Below, piece by piece: positions 37,617 to 47,974 of a stretch of 64,000 nucleotides of DNA; position 1 is the first letter of the stretch; each line of letters opens with the position of its first letter. Made by a program: the position numbers and the translations under genes. The notes below the pieces were generated by a model that was not told the origin of the DNA, ran no database searches, and saw only the letters and a list, made by a program, of their open reading frames with translations. The stretch is from positions 3,360,001-3,424,000 of the forward strand of contig CBDBZU010000004.1 of the NCBI GenBank assembly GCA_965213625.1, in the 5' to 3' direction. The DNA is from a bacterium (lineage in GTDB: Bacteria > UBA8248).

Positions 37617-38609
37617 ATGAAGAAATTCGCATTCCTGGCAACAGTGGCGGCAGCCGTGGCGTTCACGTTCTGCGTAGCCGACGCCGCCGAGCGCTATCGC
37701 TTCGGCGGAGGCCCCTCCGGCGGCGCGTGGCATCCCTCCATCAGCGCGGGAACCCAGCTTCTGAACAGAAAGGTCGGCAAGAAGTTCTACTTCCAGTATT
37801 CCCCCTCGGCCGGTTCGGTGGCCAACGTCCGTCGCGTGAGCCTGGGCGAGTTCGCCACCTCGTGGGGACACGTCGGCCAGGTCTACCAGTCCTGGACGGG
37901 CACGGGCCTGTTCAAGAAAGACGGCGCCAACAAGAACTTCCGCATCGTCGCCAACGTCCGCGCGCAGTCGCAGATCATCGCCGTGCTGGCGGACAGCCCC
38001 ATCAAGACCTACAAGGACATGGTCGGCAAGCGGGTGAACTTGCTCAAGCAGGGAACCGGCAGCCACGTGAACTGCAAGAACATCTTCGCCGCCGTCGGCA
38101 TCCTCGACAAGATCCAGCCGCGCTACCTGGGCTTCTCCGCCTCGGGCCGCGCCCTGGGTGACCGCCAGATCGACGTGTACTGCTCCGCCGGCGCGCCGTT
38201 CACCATTCCGGCCCTCACCCGGCTTTCCATCCAGAAGCCGGTGCGCTACATCAGCCTGAGCGAGGCCGAGCAGAAGAATGTAACCGGCGCTCACAAGTTC
38301 TACGTGCCGATCACCATTCCCGTCCAGAAGGAAGTCATCGGAATGAAGGCTCCGGCGCGCTCCATCGCCTACGACGTCTGGTGGATCGCCCACAAGCAGA
38401 TGTCCAACGACGCCGTCTACAACATGCTCAAGGTCATCGCCGCGCCCGAGAACCTCAAGCAGCTGACCAAGACGGCGCGCTACTGGCGTGACCTGAGCGG
38501 CAACTTCAACGCGCTCAAGGTTCACAAGATCTTCGTGCACCCCGCAGCCGCGCGTTATTGGAAAGAACGCGGCGTGAAGGTGCCCGACGAGGTCGTGAAA
38601 GGCTTCTGA
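37617..38609 (+). CDS. TAXI-family TRAP solute-binding protein
   Basis: Signal peptide, GGGPSGGAW, SAGSVANV, GKRVN...GTG, VHPAAARYWKE. Confidence 0.9.
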   Translation: MKKFAFLATVAAAVAFTFCVADAAERYRFGGGPSGGAWHPSISAGTQLLNRKVGKKFYFQYSPSAGSVANVRRVSLGEFATSWGHVGQVYQSWTGTGLFKKDGANKNFRIVANVRAQSQIIAVLADSPIKTYKDMVGKRVNLLKQGTGSHVNCKNIFAAVGILDKIQPRYLGFSASGRALGDRQIDVYCSAGAPFTIPALTRLSIQKPVRYISLSEAEQKNVTGAHKFYVPITIPVQKEVIGMKAPARSIAYDVWWIAHKQMSNDAVYNMLKVIAAPENLKQLTKTARYWRDLSGNFNALKVHKIFVHPAAARYWKERGVKVPDEVVKGF

Positions 38610-38641
38610 TTCTCGCAACGATAAACCGGCGGGAAATCGCG

Positions 38642-38683
38642 CCCGGGGAGGAGGAGAAAACGAAAAATCTCCTTCTCCCCGGG
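38642..38683. other. Intercistronic stem-loop after the SBP gene
   Basis: cccggggaggaggag-loop-ctccttctccccggg. Confidence 0.55.
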
Positions 38684-38748
38684 ATTCTTTCGCCTCGCTG
38701 TTTTTCTCGCATTTGACGGCCCGATCGCCCGGGCCGAGGTAGGTCGCC

Positions 38749-41217
38749 ATGTTTCGAAACCTCTTGCCCATATTGATGAAGATCGGCCTCATATCGGACG
38801 AGATGGTCGTCCCGCGCGACCTGCGGGGTTATTCGCGCGTCATCGTCTCGATTATATCCGTCGCGTTTTCCTACTTCTTCGTTCATATCTCATACTTCGG
38901 TCCCCCGCGTTCGGAAATCTTCAAGGGCGTCTACATCCTGGCGACCGCCAGCTTGTGCATCCTCGTCTACAAGGGCAGGCAAAGGCCCGTCCGCGAGGGG
39001 TTCGCCTATCTCGATGAAATCTTCTCGTTCCTCGCCATCGTCGTCATGTGCGCCACCCTGGCCCTGTGGGCGTATTGGGGCGCTTTCTTCGGCGACGTGC
39101 TCTGGACTGAGTTCATGGTCGGGGGAACCTACCTGGTCGTTCTGCTCGGCGGTCTGTTCGGCGCGTTCCTCTACCGGTTTGAAGCCACCGTAGAGCGCGT
39201 ATCGGAACTCCCTACGCTCTCGGACTGGCTGTTCATCATATCGGCCGTCTCTCCCATCATCTGGTGGAACATCTACAACATCGAGCTCACCACGCGCATC
39301 GGCGGCCCCGTGCCCGCCTCGGTGGCCATATACACGCTGATGCTCGCTGTGGTGAGTTTCGACATCGCAAGGCGCGTCATTGGCCCCGTCATACCGTTCA
39401 TCGGCTTCTTGTTCCTGATCTACAGCTTCAAGCCCATTGCGCAGATATCGCCGGGCCTTCTCTACCATGAGGGATTCAGCCTCGACCGCGTGACCGAGTT
39501 CCTGATGCTCGAGGCCGACGGCCTCACCGGCCTCATCGTCGAGGTCTTCGCTACCTATATCGTCATCTTCGTCGTCCTGGGCGCTTTTCTGGAAAAGACG
39601 GGTCTGGGCGAATTCCTCATCGACGCCACCTACCGGGTGACGGGCCAGAAAACGGGTGGACCCGGACTCACGGCCGTCATGTCAAGCGGGCTGTTCGGTA
39701 TGATCTCGGGCAGCGGCGTGGCCAACGTGGTGACGACGGGCACGTTCACCATCCCCCTCATGAAACGGGTGGGCTACCGCCCCGAGTTCGCGGGCGCGGT
39801 GGAGGCGGCCGCCTCGACAGGAGGGGCCTACATGCCGCCCATCATGGCGGGCGGGGCTTTTCTCGTCGCGCAACTCACCGAAACGTCTTATTTCGACATC
39901 GTCAAGATAGCGACGCTACCGGCCATTCTCTACTATCTCTCGGTGGGCTACATGGTCTTCATCCGCGCCGTGCGGCGCGGGCTCCACGGCGTCGACCCCT
40001 CGGAGCTGCCCCCCTGGAGCAGAATCATCCCGCGCCTCCATTTCCTGCTGCCCATCCCCGTGATGGTGTACTACCTCGTCATCGGCGATTCCGCGTTCCT
40101 GGCGGCCTTCAAGACCATATGCCTCATCGTCATGCTCAAATCCTGCGAACTGCTCTCGAACATCAAGGCGCCCACCGCAAACCGGACGGCACGCCCGTTC
40201 CTGGCCGTCTCTATCACATTCGGGGTCTTCTCCTATTTCTTCGGCCTCACGGTCGGCGCGCCGTTCTCGTGGTTCGCGGACACGCTTCGCGGAATGAACT
40301 GGGGAGACGCCCTGTTCTGGACGGTAGCGGCGTTCATCGTCCTGAAGCTCGGCGAAATCATCATGGCCGCGACGCGAGGCGAATCTGCGGACCCGGAATA
40401 TGAGTCGGGCCCGATTCTATTCAGGCGGCTCTGGGAACTCCTGGTGGATATCGTCAAGATCACCTGGATATCGCTCGAGGCGGGTGCGCGGAACACGCTC
40501 GTCATCGGCTGCATCGCCTGTGTGCTCGGCATCCTGCTCTCCTGCGCGACGCAAAGCGACCTGTCGGGCCGCATCTCCATATTGTTGACCGAGTTCAGCT
40601 TCGGCCTCCTGCCGCTCACCATCATCTGGGTGATCATCGCGGGCTACATCGTCGGCATGGGCCTGCCCATCACGGCGAGCTACGTGGTGCTGGTCATATT
40701 CGGCGTCATCGCGCTCACCAACCTGGGCGTGCCGACCCTCCACGCGCACCTCATCTGCTTCTGGGTAGCCGTGGTGAGCGCCGTGACCCCGCCGGTCGCA
40801 TTGGCGGCCTACGCGGCGAGCGCCATTGCAGTATCGGACCCCGTGAAAACAGGCTTCCAGGCGCTGAAACTCGCCTCATGGCTGTTCATCATGCCGTTCC
40901 TGTTCGTCTACACCCCGCTTCTTCTCGACGGCACGAGGACCGAGGTGACCATCACCTTCATCGCATGCCTCATCGGCATCGTCGGCTGGACCGGTTGGAT
41001 GGAGAACTTCATGACGCGGCACGCGAACAGCCTCGAGCGGGCGTTGATGTTCATCGGCTCCGTATGCCTCCTCCTGCCCGTGGGGAATTTCGTGGTATTC
41101 ATTACCCCGCTGGAAGGAGATTTGAGGTATATCTCCTACGCCGTAGGCATCATCGCCCTCGTAGCGGTGCTCGTCTTGCAGCGCACGCGCGGCGGCGTGG
41201 ATCCCGAACCCGCATAA
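38749..41217 (+). CDS. TRAP transporter fused permease (4TM/12TM)
   Basis: SGLFGMISGSGVANV.TTG.FTIPLMK..GY, EAAASTGG..MPPIM, GMGLP.TASY, VTPPVALAAY. Confidence 0.94.
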   Translation: MFRNLLPILMKIGLISDEMVVPRDLRGYSRVIVSIISVAFSYFFVHISYFGPPRSEIFKGVYILATASLCILVYKGRQRPVREGFAYLDEIFSFLAIVVMCATLALWAYWGAFFGDVLWTEFMVGGTYLVVLLGGLFGAFLYRFEATVERVSELPTLSDWLFIISAVSPIIWWNIYNIELTTRIGGPVPASVAIYTLMLAVVSFDIARRVIGPVIPFIGFLFLIYSFKPIAQISPGLLYHEGFSLDRVTEFLMLEADGLTGLIVEVFATYIVIFVVLGAFLEKTGLGEFLIDATYRVTGQKTGGPGLTAVMSSGLFGMISGSGVANVVTTGTFTIPLMKRVGYRPEFAGAVEAAASTGGAYMPPIMAGGAFLVAQLTETSYFDIVKIATLPAILYYLSVGYMVFIRAVRRGLHGVDPSELPPWSRIIPRLHFLLPIPVMVYYLVIGDSAFLAAFKTICLIVMLKSCELLSNIKAPTANRTARPFLAVSITFGVFSYFFGLTVGAPFSWFADTLRGMNWGDALFWTVAAFIVLKLGEIIMAATRGESADPEYESGPILFRRLWELLVDIVKITWISLEAGARNTLVIGCIACVLGILLSCATQSDLSGRISILLTEFSFGLLPLTIIWVIIAGYIVGMGLPITASYVVLVIFGVIALTNLGVPTLHAHLICFWVAVVSAVTPPVALAAYAASAIAVSDPVKTGFQALKLASWLFIMPFLFVYTPLLLDGTRTEVTITFIACLIGIVGWTGWMENFMTRHANSLERALMFIGSVCLLLPVGNFVVFITPLEGDLRYISYAVGIIALVAVLVLQRTRGGVDPEPA

Positions 41218-41245
41218 CTCACACAAGTACCGAGAAGGAGGCATC

Positions 41246-41878
41246 ATGAGCACTTCTCCTCCCGCTCTCAGGCGCATCCAGCACGTGGGACTCAAGGTCC
41301 ACGACCTCGACGAGGCGGTGGCCTTCTACCGCGACGTTATGGGACTCCGGGTGTCGGACCGCTACGAGCCGGGCGACAACCCCCACAGCCCGTGGGGGAT
41401 ATGCTTCATGCGCTGCGGCGAGGGACACCACGAGGTATCCCTCATCGCATACCCCAAGGAAGCCGGCCTCACGCCCAAGAAAGGCGGCATGCGAAAGCCC
41501 GAGGTCGGCCTGCACCACGTGGCCTTCGAGGTCGGCTCCAAGGAAGAACTCGAAGCCTGGGCGGCGCACATCCGCTCGAAGGGAATCAAGATCGCGGCGG
41601 GGCCGCTCGTCCACAGTCCCACGCACCCCGAGGGCGACGGCACCCTGGGCGAGAACCGCGCCTTCTACTTCCACGACCCGTGCGGAAACGGCATCGAGAT
41701 TTTCTGCGACCTCGCCAGAATGGACTCAGGAACCAACCGCATCAACGAGGCGTGGTTCCGCGACAGGCTCGAACGCGACGGTTTATCGCGAGACGACGCC
41801 GACCCGCCCCCCGCCTGGCGGCCCGGCATTTCGAGCATGGCGGACGCGAAAGAGAGATTCGGCCAAACTTCTTCATGA
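41246..41878 (+). CDS. VOC/glyoxalase family protein (extradiol dioxygenase-like domain)
   Basis: HVGLKV.D....FY..VMG, HHEVSL, LHHVAF, FYFHDPCGNGIEI. Confidence 0.85.
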   Translation: MSTSPPALRRIQHVGLKVHDLDEAVAFYRDVMGLRVSDRYEPGDNPHSPWGICFMRCGEGHHEVSLIAYPKEAGLTPKKGGMRKPEVGLHHVAFEVGSKEELEAWAAHIRSKGIKIAAGPLVHSPTHPEGDGTLGENRAFYFHDPCGNGIEIFCDLARMDSGTNRINEAWFRDRLERDGLSRDDADPPPAWRPGISSMADAKERFGQTSS

Positions 41879-41879
41879 C

Positions 41880-42138
41880 GGAGTTGTTGAAAAAGCCCAG
41901 GTTTCACGATTCGGCAAAGGTAACCGATCGGGGAGAGGGAGACATCACTCCCCCCTTGAGGGTCGGGCATCCCGAGGGGAATGCCCGACGATGAAGCCGA
42001 GCGTTTTATGCGATGGCTGAATCGGTGGGGGGAGTTTTTATATTTTGCTTGGAGATTACAATTTAAAATCATCCCCCCACCGACTCGCTTGCGGGCTTAC
42101 GCCCTTACCTCGTCGACTCCCCCTCAAGGGGGGAGTGA
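41880..42138. repeat. Composite repeat: MITE-type left end plus inverted TCACTCCCCCTTGAGG/CCTCAAGGGGGGAGTGA arms
   Basis: ggagttgttgaaaaagccc at 41880; inverted arms at ~41945 and ~42122; internal hairpin related to ~49400-49435. Confidence 0.7.
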
Positions 42139-42280
42139 ATTGTTCTCTCGCCGGACGGCAAGAACTCCCTAGAGGAGAGCCATTTCATATCCGAATGTCG
42201 ATTGAGAAACCCATTCCCGGTTTGAGAAAGCTTATTCATCATTCCCACGATGCACCGACACTACGGAGGAAATTATTACA

Positions 42281-43237
42281 ATGACACACCGCGTCCTGAG
42301 CGTGGATGAGCGCACGAAAACGCAGCCGGCCCGCAGGGCCTTCATGGAGGAATACCTGCACGAGGGATATGCGTTCGTGGAACCCGAATCGTTTGACGAC
42401 GCCGCACTACTTGAGGCGGCCGCGTGCGCGTGCGCGCTCACTACCGGGTTCGCCCCCATCACGCGGGAGATGATGGAGGCGGGGCCTGCCATCAAGGTGG
42501 TCGGCAAGGTGGGCACAGGCGTGGACAACATCGACGTGGCAGCGGCCACCGAACTCGGCATCCCCGTCGCCAACGCGCCGGGGTGGATGCGCTGCATCCC
42601 CGTGGCGGAACACGCGATGGCGCTCACCCTCATCATGGCGCGAAGGCCCTGGCTCTGGCCGGTCGGTGAGCGCAAGCTCCACGTTCAGCTTCAAGGCGCT
42701 GTGCTGGGCATAGTAGGGCTGGGGAACATCGGGGGGGCCCTCGCCAGACGCGCCGCCGCCTTCGAGATGGAGATATGCGCCTACACGCGCACGCGGGGAA
42801 AGTTCAAGCCCCAAGGCTTCGAGGTGGAAGAGTTCGAGACGCTGCACGAGTTACTTGTGCGCGCCGACTTCGTGGCGCTTACCCTCCCTCTCACACCCGA
42901 GAACACGGGAATGATCGGTGATAAAGAACTAGACCTCATGAAAGAGACGGCCTGTCTCGTAAACGTATCGCGCGGCCCCCACGTGGATACCGATGCGCTC
43001 GCGAACGCCATACGCGAGGGAAAAATCGCGGGCGCAGGCCTGGACGTGGTCGAGCCGGACCCACTGCCCGGAGACCACCCGCTCCACGGGTTTCCCAACG
43101 TCGTGATGTCACCCCACAACGCCGCCCAGACCGAAAGCGTCCAGCGTGAGAGCTACAAGCTTTTGTGCGATAATATCAAGCGGGCGGTGGAGGGTGAGAA
43201 AGTCACCTCGCTCGCCAATCCCGAAATTTATGAATAA
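42281..43237 (+). CDS. D-2-hydroxyacid dehydrogenase family protein
   Basis: GTGVDNID, VAEHAMAL, GLGNIG, LVNVSRG, GLDV.EPDP, SPHNA. Confidence 0.92.
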   Translation: MTHRVLSVDERTKTQPARRAFMEEYLHEGYAFVEPESFDDAALLEAAACACALTTGFAPITREMMEAGPAIKVVGKVGTGVDNIDVAAATELGIPVANAPGWMRCIPVAEHAMALTLIMARRPWLWPVGERKLHVQLQGAVLGIVGLGNIGGALARRAAAFEMEICAYTRTRGKFKPQGFEVEEFETLHELLVRADFVALTLPLTPENTGMIGDKELDLMKETACLVNVSRGPHVDTDALANAIREGKIAGAGLDVVEPDPLPGDHPLHGFPNVVMSPHNAAQTESVQRESYKLLCDNIKRAVEGEKVTSLANPEIYE

Positions 43238-43261
43238 ATCGCGCCGCAGAGGAGATTCCTG

Positions 43262-44398
43262 ATGGAAGATACACCGGTTCGAGGGCTTGAGGGCGTCATC
43301 GCGGCCGACACGAAGATATGCTTCCTCGACGGCGTGAACGGGATTCTGGGGTATTACGGCTACGACGTGCCCGAGATGGTGCGCAAGAAGGTCACCTTCG
43401 AGGAGATCGTCTATCTCCTGTGGCACGGCGAGTTGCCCACCCGCGAGAGACTCAAGGAATTCGACCAGGCCATGAAGGCCGAACGCGCGCTCTCGCCCGG
43501 GATGATGCGCGCTTTAAGGCAGATACCCCCCGGCGAGCAGAGAACGGCGGCGCTGAGAGGCGGCGTGGGGATTCTGGGGCTATTCGACGAAGAGGCGGAG
43601 GACGACTCCTCCGAGGCGAACCGCAGTAAGGCACTCCGGCTCACCGCGAAGATGCCCACCATCGTCGCGGCGCAGCACCGCCTCGCGGCCGGTCTCAAAC
43701 CGCTCAACCCCCGCCGGGGACTCGGGCACGCGGCGAATTTCCTCTACATGATCACGGGCAAGGCACCCGACAAGATCGACGCCCGCGCACTCGACGCCAC
43801 CCTGGTGCTCTATGCGGAGCACGAGTTCAACGCATCGACCTTCGCGACGCGCGTCGTCACCTCCACCATGTCGGATATCTACTCCGCCGTCACCGCGGGA
43901 ATCAGCGCCTTGAAAGGCCCCTTGCACGGGGGCGCCGGCCTCGCGGTGATGGAGACTTTAAGGGAAATCGGCGATATCGAGAACGTGGAGCCCTTCGTTG
44001 AGGCGGCGCTCGCCAGGAAAAGGCTCTTCATGGGCTTCGGTCACCGGGTCTACACAAGGAGCGGCGACCCGCGCGCGAGCGTGCTCATCGAACTGGCCGA
44101 GGAAGTGTGCCGCCAGCCCGGGCGGGACGCCAAGTGGTTCAACATGGCGCGCGCGCTCGACCACGCCGTGCAGAGCCGAAAGGGCGTCATCCCGAACGTG
44201 GACTTCTACTCGGCGCCGCTGTGGCAGGGTCTGGGAATCCCGATGGAGCTGTTCGTTCCCATCATCGCCATGTCGCGCGTCGCGGGCTGGACGGCCAACA
44301 TTCTGGAGCAGCAGGCCGACAACCGCCTCATCCGCCCCCGGGCGCGCTACACCGGCCCCGAAAAGCGGCGCTACAGGACATTGAGAAGCCGTGGCTGA
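43262..44398 (+). CDS. Citrate/2-methylcitrate synthase family protein
   Basis: GLEGVIA, EHEFNASTF, LKGPLHGGA, MGFGHRVY, PNVDFYS, RLIRPR. Confidence 0.92.
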   Translation: MEDTPVRGLEGVIAADTKICFLDGVNGILGYYGYDVPEMVRKKVTFEEIVYLLWHGELPTRERLKEFDQAMKAERALSPGMMRALRQIPPGEQRTAALRGGVGILGLFDEEAEDDSSEANRSKALRLTAKMPTIVAAQHRLAAGLKPLNPRRGLGHAANFLYMITGKAPDKIDARALDATLVLYAEHEFNASTFATRVVTSTMSDIYSAVTAGISALKGPLHGGAGLAVMETLREIGDIENVEPFVEAALARKRLFMGFGHRVYTRSGDPRASVLIELAEEVCRQPGRDAKWFNMARALDHAVQSRKGVIPNVDFYSAPLWQGLGIPMELFVPIIAMSRVAGWTANILEQQADNRLIRPRARYTGPEKRRYRTLRSRG

Positions 44399-46373
44399 AC
44401 AAGGCGCACGCAGCCTCACGCAAAAGCTCATCGACGCGCACCTCGTCTCGGGCGCATCGAGAACGCCGGGCGAAGAAGTCGAGATACGCATCGACCAAGT
44501 GCTGCTGCAGGACGCCTCCGGCCCCACCGCCCTACTCCACTTCGAGGCGATGGGCTTTGCGCGGGTGAAGCAGAAGATAGCCGTCATGTACGGCGACCAC
44601 CAGACCATCCAGGTCAACAGCCTGCACACCGACGCCCACCGCTTCATGCTCGGATTCTGCCGCAAGCACGGCATCCATTTCTCGAAACCCGGAAACGGCA
44701 TCTGCCACAACGTACACCTGGAGGAATTCTCCGTTCCGGGCGAAAGCCTCCTGGGCACGGATTCCCATACGCCCCAGGGCGGCGCGGTGGGAATGCTGGC
44801 GATCGGCGCCGGCGGCATGGACGTGGCGACCGCCATGGCGACGGGGGCGACAATCATCCCGCGTCCGGCCATCGTCGAGGTTAGGCTTTCGGGAAAACTG
44901 AAAGCCTGGGCGACGGCGAAAGACGTGATTCTCGAACTCCTGCGCCGCCTCGGCGCGCGCGGCGGAATCGGCAAGTATTTCGAATACACAGGCCCCGGCG
45001 TCCGCACCCTCTCGGTGCCGGAGCGCTTCACGGTCGCGAGCATGGGCACGGAACTGGGCCTCACGGGCAGCATCTTCCCGAGCGACGCGCAAACCAAATT
45101 GTTCTACGAGCGCATCGGCCGCGTGTCAGACTGGAAGCCGCAGGAGGCGGAGGCGGACGCCGCGTATGACGAGAGGATCGAACTCGACCTCTCAGACGTC
45201 CAGCCGCTCGTCGCCCTGCCCTCGAACCCCGAGAACGTGGCGCCCGTCACCGAAGCCATCGGCACGCCTATCCACCAGGTCATCATAGGTAGCTGCACGA
45301 ACGGCACGTTCACCGACGTGGCCTCTTTCGCGCAGGTGCTCAGGGGCCGCAAGGTGGCCGACGGCGTAGACGCCATCGTCTTTCCGGGAAGCAGGCAGGC
45401 TTTTGAGGAACTCGCGCGAGAGGGCCACCTGGCCGACCTGCTGGCCGCAGGCGTCTGCGTATCTGAATCCACGTGCGGCTCATGCCCCGGCTACGCCCAC
45501 ATCCCCGCGCCGGGCATGAACTCCCTGCGCGCTTTCAACCGGAACTTCAAGGGCCGCTCGGGCCTGAGCGAGGACGCCGTATATCTCGCGAGTCCGGAAC
45601 TGGCCGCCGTCGCCGCACTGTACGGCGAGATAAGAGACCCGAGGGATGAGGGCAAGGCGCCGGACGTTCTACTGCCCTACCGCTTCGCGAGCGACAAGAC
45701 GGGAATCGTCGCGCCTGCGGATGATCCCGCGGCGGTGGATATCATCAGAGGCCCGAACATCCAGCCCGTCCAGGTGGGCGAGGCGCCCGGGGATTCCTAC
45801 ACGGGAGAGGTCCTCATCAAGCTGGGCGACAACGTCTCGACCGACCACATCAGCCCGGCGGGGGTCGACGCCATCACCTACCGGACGAACATGCCCGCGC
45901 TGGCCGACTTCACCTTCAGGCGCGTGGACGAGACCTTCGCCTCACGCGCGAGGGAGGCGGGCGGCGGCATCATCGTCGGGGCGAAGACATACGGGCAGGG
46001 CTCGGCGCGTGAGCAGGCGGCCATCTGCCCGATGATACTCGGCGTCCGCGCCGTCATCGCCAAGAGCTTTGCGAGAATCCACCGGGCGAACCTCATCAAC
46101 TGGGGCATCCTGCCTCTCACGTTCGTCGATGAGGAGGATTACGAAAAAGTGGACTCCGGGCAGAAGCTCTCCATCTCGAACATCGAGGATTCGCTACTTA
46201 CCGGCTCATTCCAGGTCGAAAACCGCGAGACGGGCCACGTCTTCGGCACCGCGTGCGCGCTTACCGATCGCGAGAGGCGCATGCTCGCCGCGGGGGGCGC
46301 GCTGGCCCTGGCGCGCATTGAGGGGGGAAGCGCCGACGCGACGAACCCCTCCCCGGCTCGGGGCGGCGCATGA
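44391..46373 (+). CDS. Aconitate hydratase family protein (short, ~660 aa type)
   Basis: GICH, GTDSHT, GSCTNG, CGSCPG, RNFKGRSG, TDHISPAG, AKSFARIH. Confidence 0.9.
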   Translation: MAEQGARSLTQKLIDAHLVSGASRTPGEEVEIRIDQVLLQDASGPTALLHFEAMGFARVKQKIAVMYGDHQTIQVNSLHTDAHRFMLGFCRKHGIHFSKPGNGICHNVHLEEFSVPGESLLGTDSHTPQGGAVGMLAIGAGGMDVATAMATGATIIPRPAIVEVRLSGKLKAWATAKDVILELLRRLGARGGIGKYFEYTGPGVRTLSVPERFTVASMGTELGLTGSIFPSDAQTKLFYERIGRVSDWKPQEAEADAAYDERIELDLSDVQPLVALPSNPENVAPVTEAIGTPIHQVIIGSCTNGTFTDVASFAQVLRGRKVADGVDAIVFPGSRQAFEELAREGHLADLLAAGVCVSESTCGSCPGYAHIPAPGMNSLRAFNRNFKGRSGLSEDAVYLASPELAAVAALYGEIRDPRDEGKAPDVLLPYRFASDKTGIVAPADDPAAVDIIRGPNIQPVQVGEAPGDSYTGEVLIKLGDNVSTDHISPAGVDAITYRTNMPALADFTFRRVDETFASRAREAGGGIIVGAKTYGQGSAREQAAICPMILGVRAVIAKSFARIHRANLINWGILPLTFVDEEDYEKVDSGQKLSISNIEDSLLTGSFQVENRETGHVFGTACALTDRERRMLAAGGALALARIEGGSADATNPSPARGGA

Positions 46374-46374
46374 T

Positions 46375-47523
46375 ATGGGCCAAATAAAATATCCGGCGGT
46401 GTTCATGCGCGGGGGCACGAGCCGCGCCATCGTCTTTCACGAGAAAGACCTGCCGGAAGACCAGGCTGAGCGCGACGCCATATTCCTGAAAGCCCTGGGC
46501 AGCCCAGACCCGAACGGACGCCAGCTCGACGGTTTGGGGGGCGGGATATCCTCTTTAAGCAAAATCGCAATGGTAGCGCCCTCCGAGCGAGCGGATGCGG
46601 ACGTGGATTTCACCTTCGCGCAGGTGGGCGTGACGGATGAGACCGTGGATTACGTCGGCACCTGCGGGAACATATCGAGCGCGGTGGGGCCGTTCGCAGT
46701 GGACGAAGGACTCGTGCGGGTGAATGGGGGCGATAACGCCACCGTGCGCGTCTACAACACGAACACGAGCAAGACCTACCACGCGCGGTTTCCGGTGGAA
46801 GACGGCGCAGCCAGCGTGGGCGGTGCGTACGAACTGCCGGGCGTATCGGGCGCAGGCGCGCAAATCACGCTGGAATTCATGGACCCCGGCGGCGCGGCCA
46901 CGGGCAAGCTCCTGCCCTCGGGCAACGCGGTGGACACCTTCGAGATCGAAGGGGTGGGAAGAGTCGAGGCGAGCATGGTGGACGCCACCAACCCGATGGT
47001 GTTCGTACGCGCCGCCGACTTAGGCCTCACCGGCGGGGAAGGCCCCGGCCTCATCGACGCCCGAGTCGAGGTGATGGTGAACCTGGAGCAGATACGCGCC
47101 GAGGCGGCGGTGCGCATGGGGCTTGCGCGCGACAGGCGAGAGGCTTCCGAGAGCGTGCAGGCGGTGCCGAAGGTGGTGCTCGTAGCGCCTCCCCTGGAAT
47201 ACATGGACTTGAAAGGCGAGATAATCGCGGCGGATGACTGCGACATCGCGGCCCGCATCATCTCGATGGGGAAGACCCACCGCGCCTTCGCCCTCACGGG
47301 CGCGATGTGCCTGGCCGTCGCCGCGCGGATTCCGGGTACCGTGACACACGAGGCCGCCCGAGGTGGGGACGGCGACATCCGGCTGGGGCATCCTTCCGGC
47401 GTCCAGACGATAAACGCGGTGGTCTCGGACTCGCCCGAAGGCCCCCTGGCCGAGAAGGTAATCGTCTACCGCACGGCGCGAAGGCTCATGGAAGGAATGG
47501 TCTGCGTGCCCGCGACATCCTGA
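46375..47523 (+). CDS. prpF: PrpF family aconitate/methylaconitate isomerase
   Basis: MRGGTSR, GSPDP..RQLDGLGGG.SSLSK, CGNISSAVGPFA, SMG..H, HPSG, RTARRLMEG. Confidence 0.88.
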   Translation: MGQIKYPAVFMRGGTSRAIVFHEKDLPEDQAERDAIFLKALGSPDPNGRQLDGLGGGISSLSKIAMVAPSERADADVDFTFAQVGVTDETVDYVGTCGNISSAVGPFAVDEGLVRVNGGDNATVRVYNTNTSKTYHARFPVEDGAASVGGAYELPGVSGAGAQITLEFMDPGGAATGKLLPSGNAVDTFEIEGVGRVEASMVDATNPMVFVRAADLGLTGGEGPGLIDARVEVMVNLEQIRAEAAVRMGLARDRREASESVQAVPKVVLVAPPLEYMDLKGEIIAADDCDIAARIISMGKTHRAFALTGAMCLAVAARIPGTVTHEAARGGDGDIRLGHPSGVQTINAVVSDSPEGPLAEKVIVYRTARRLMEGMVCVPATS

Positions 47524-47621
47524 AGCGGGCGCAGGAACACGCCCGTGCTCTTAACACCTCCGTAGAAAACCCTTGTTTTCACGCCGGCTCAATGCAGCTT
47601 TCATCCGCAGGGATCGCATGT

Positions 47622-47844
47622 GGGGTTGTTGAAAACCCCGCAATGCCGGTATGACGGCGACGGGATATCGCCTTGCCGGAGGGAGTTTAGGGGTCGCATA
47701 CATGCGACCCACATACCACGGTCGGGGAGGGCCGCATATATGTAGCGCTCCCAAGAAGGGAGCGCTACCTACAACAGAAACGGCATTGACGCAGGTATTA
47801 AAGCAATGGTCAAAGCAGAGCGAGAAAAACTTTTTCAACAGCCC
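47622..47844. mobile_element. MITE-like element with TIRs and internal REP
   Basis: ggggttgttgaaaa ... tttttcaacagccc; contains ggggtcgcatacatgcgaccc. Confidence 0.7.
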
Positions 47845-47974
47845 ATCATCAATCGCGTTTGACCTTCGTCCGCTACTCAGAGTGAGGAGGAGAGGCGGGT
47901 TGCTCGGGGTGGGATGGTGGTTTCGCAGCCGGACAGGCGCAGGAGCCTGTCCGGGGACCCGCGCATCCGCTCGC

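Noticed and set aside
37443-38792. Minus-strand 449-aa ORF
   Set aside because: Antisense shadow of the TAXI gene
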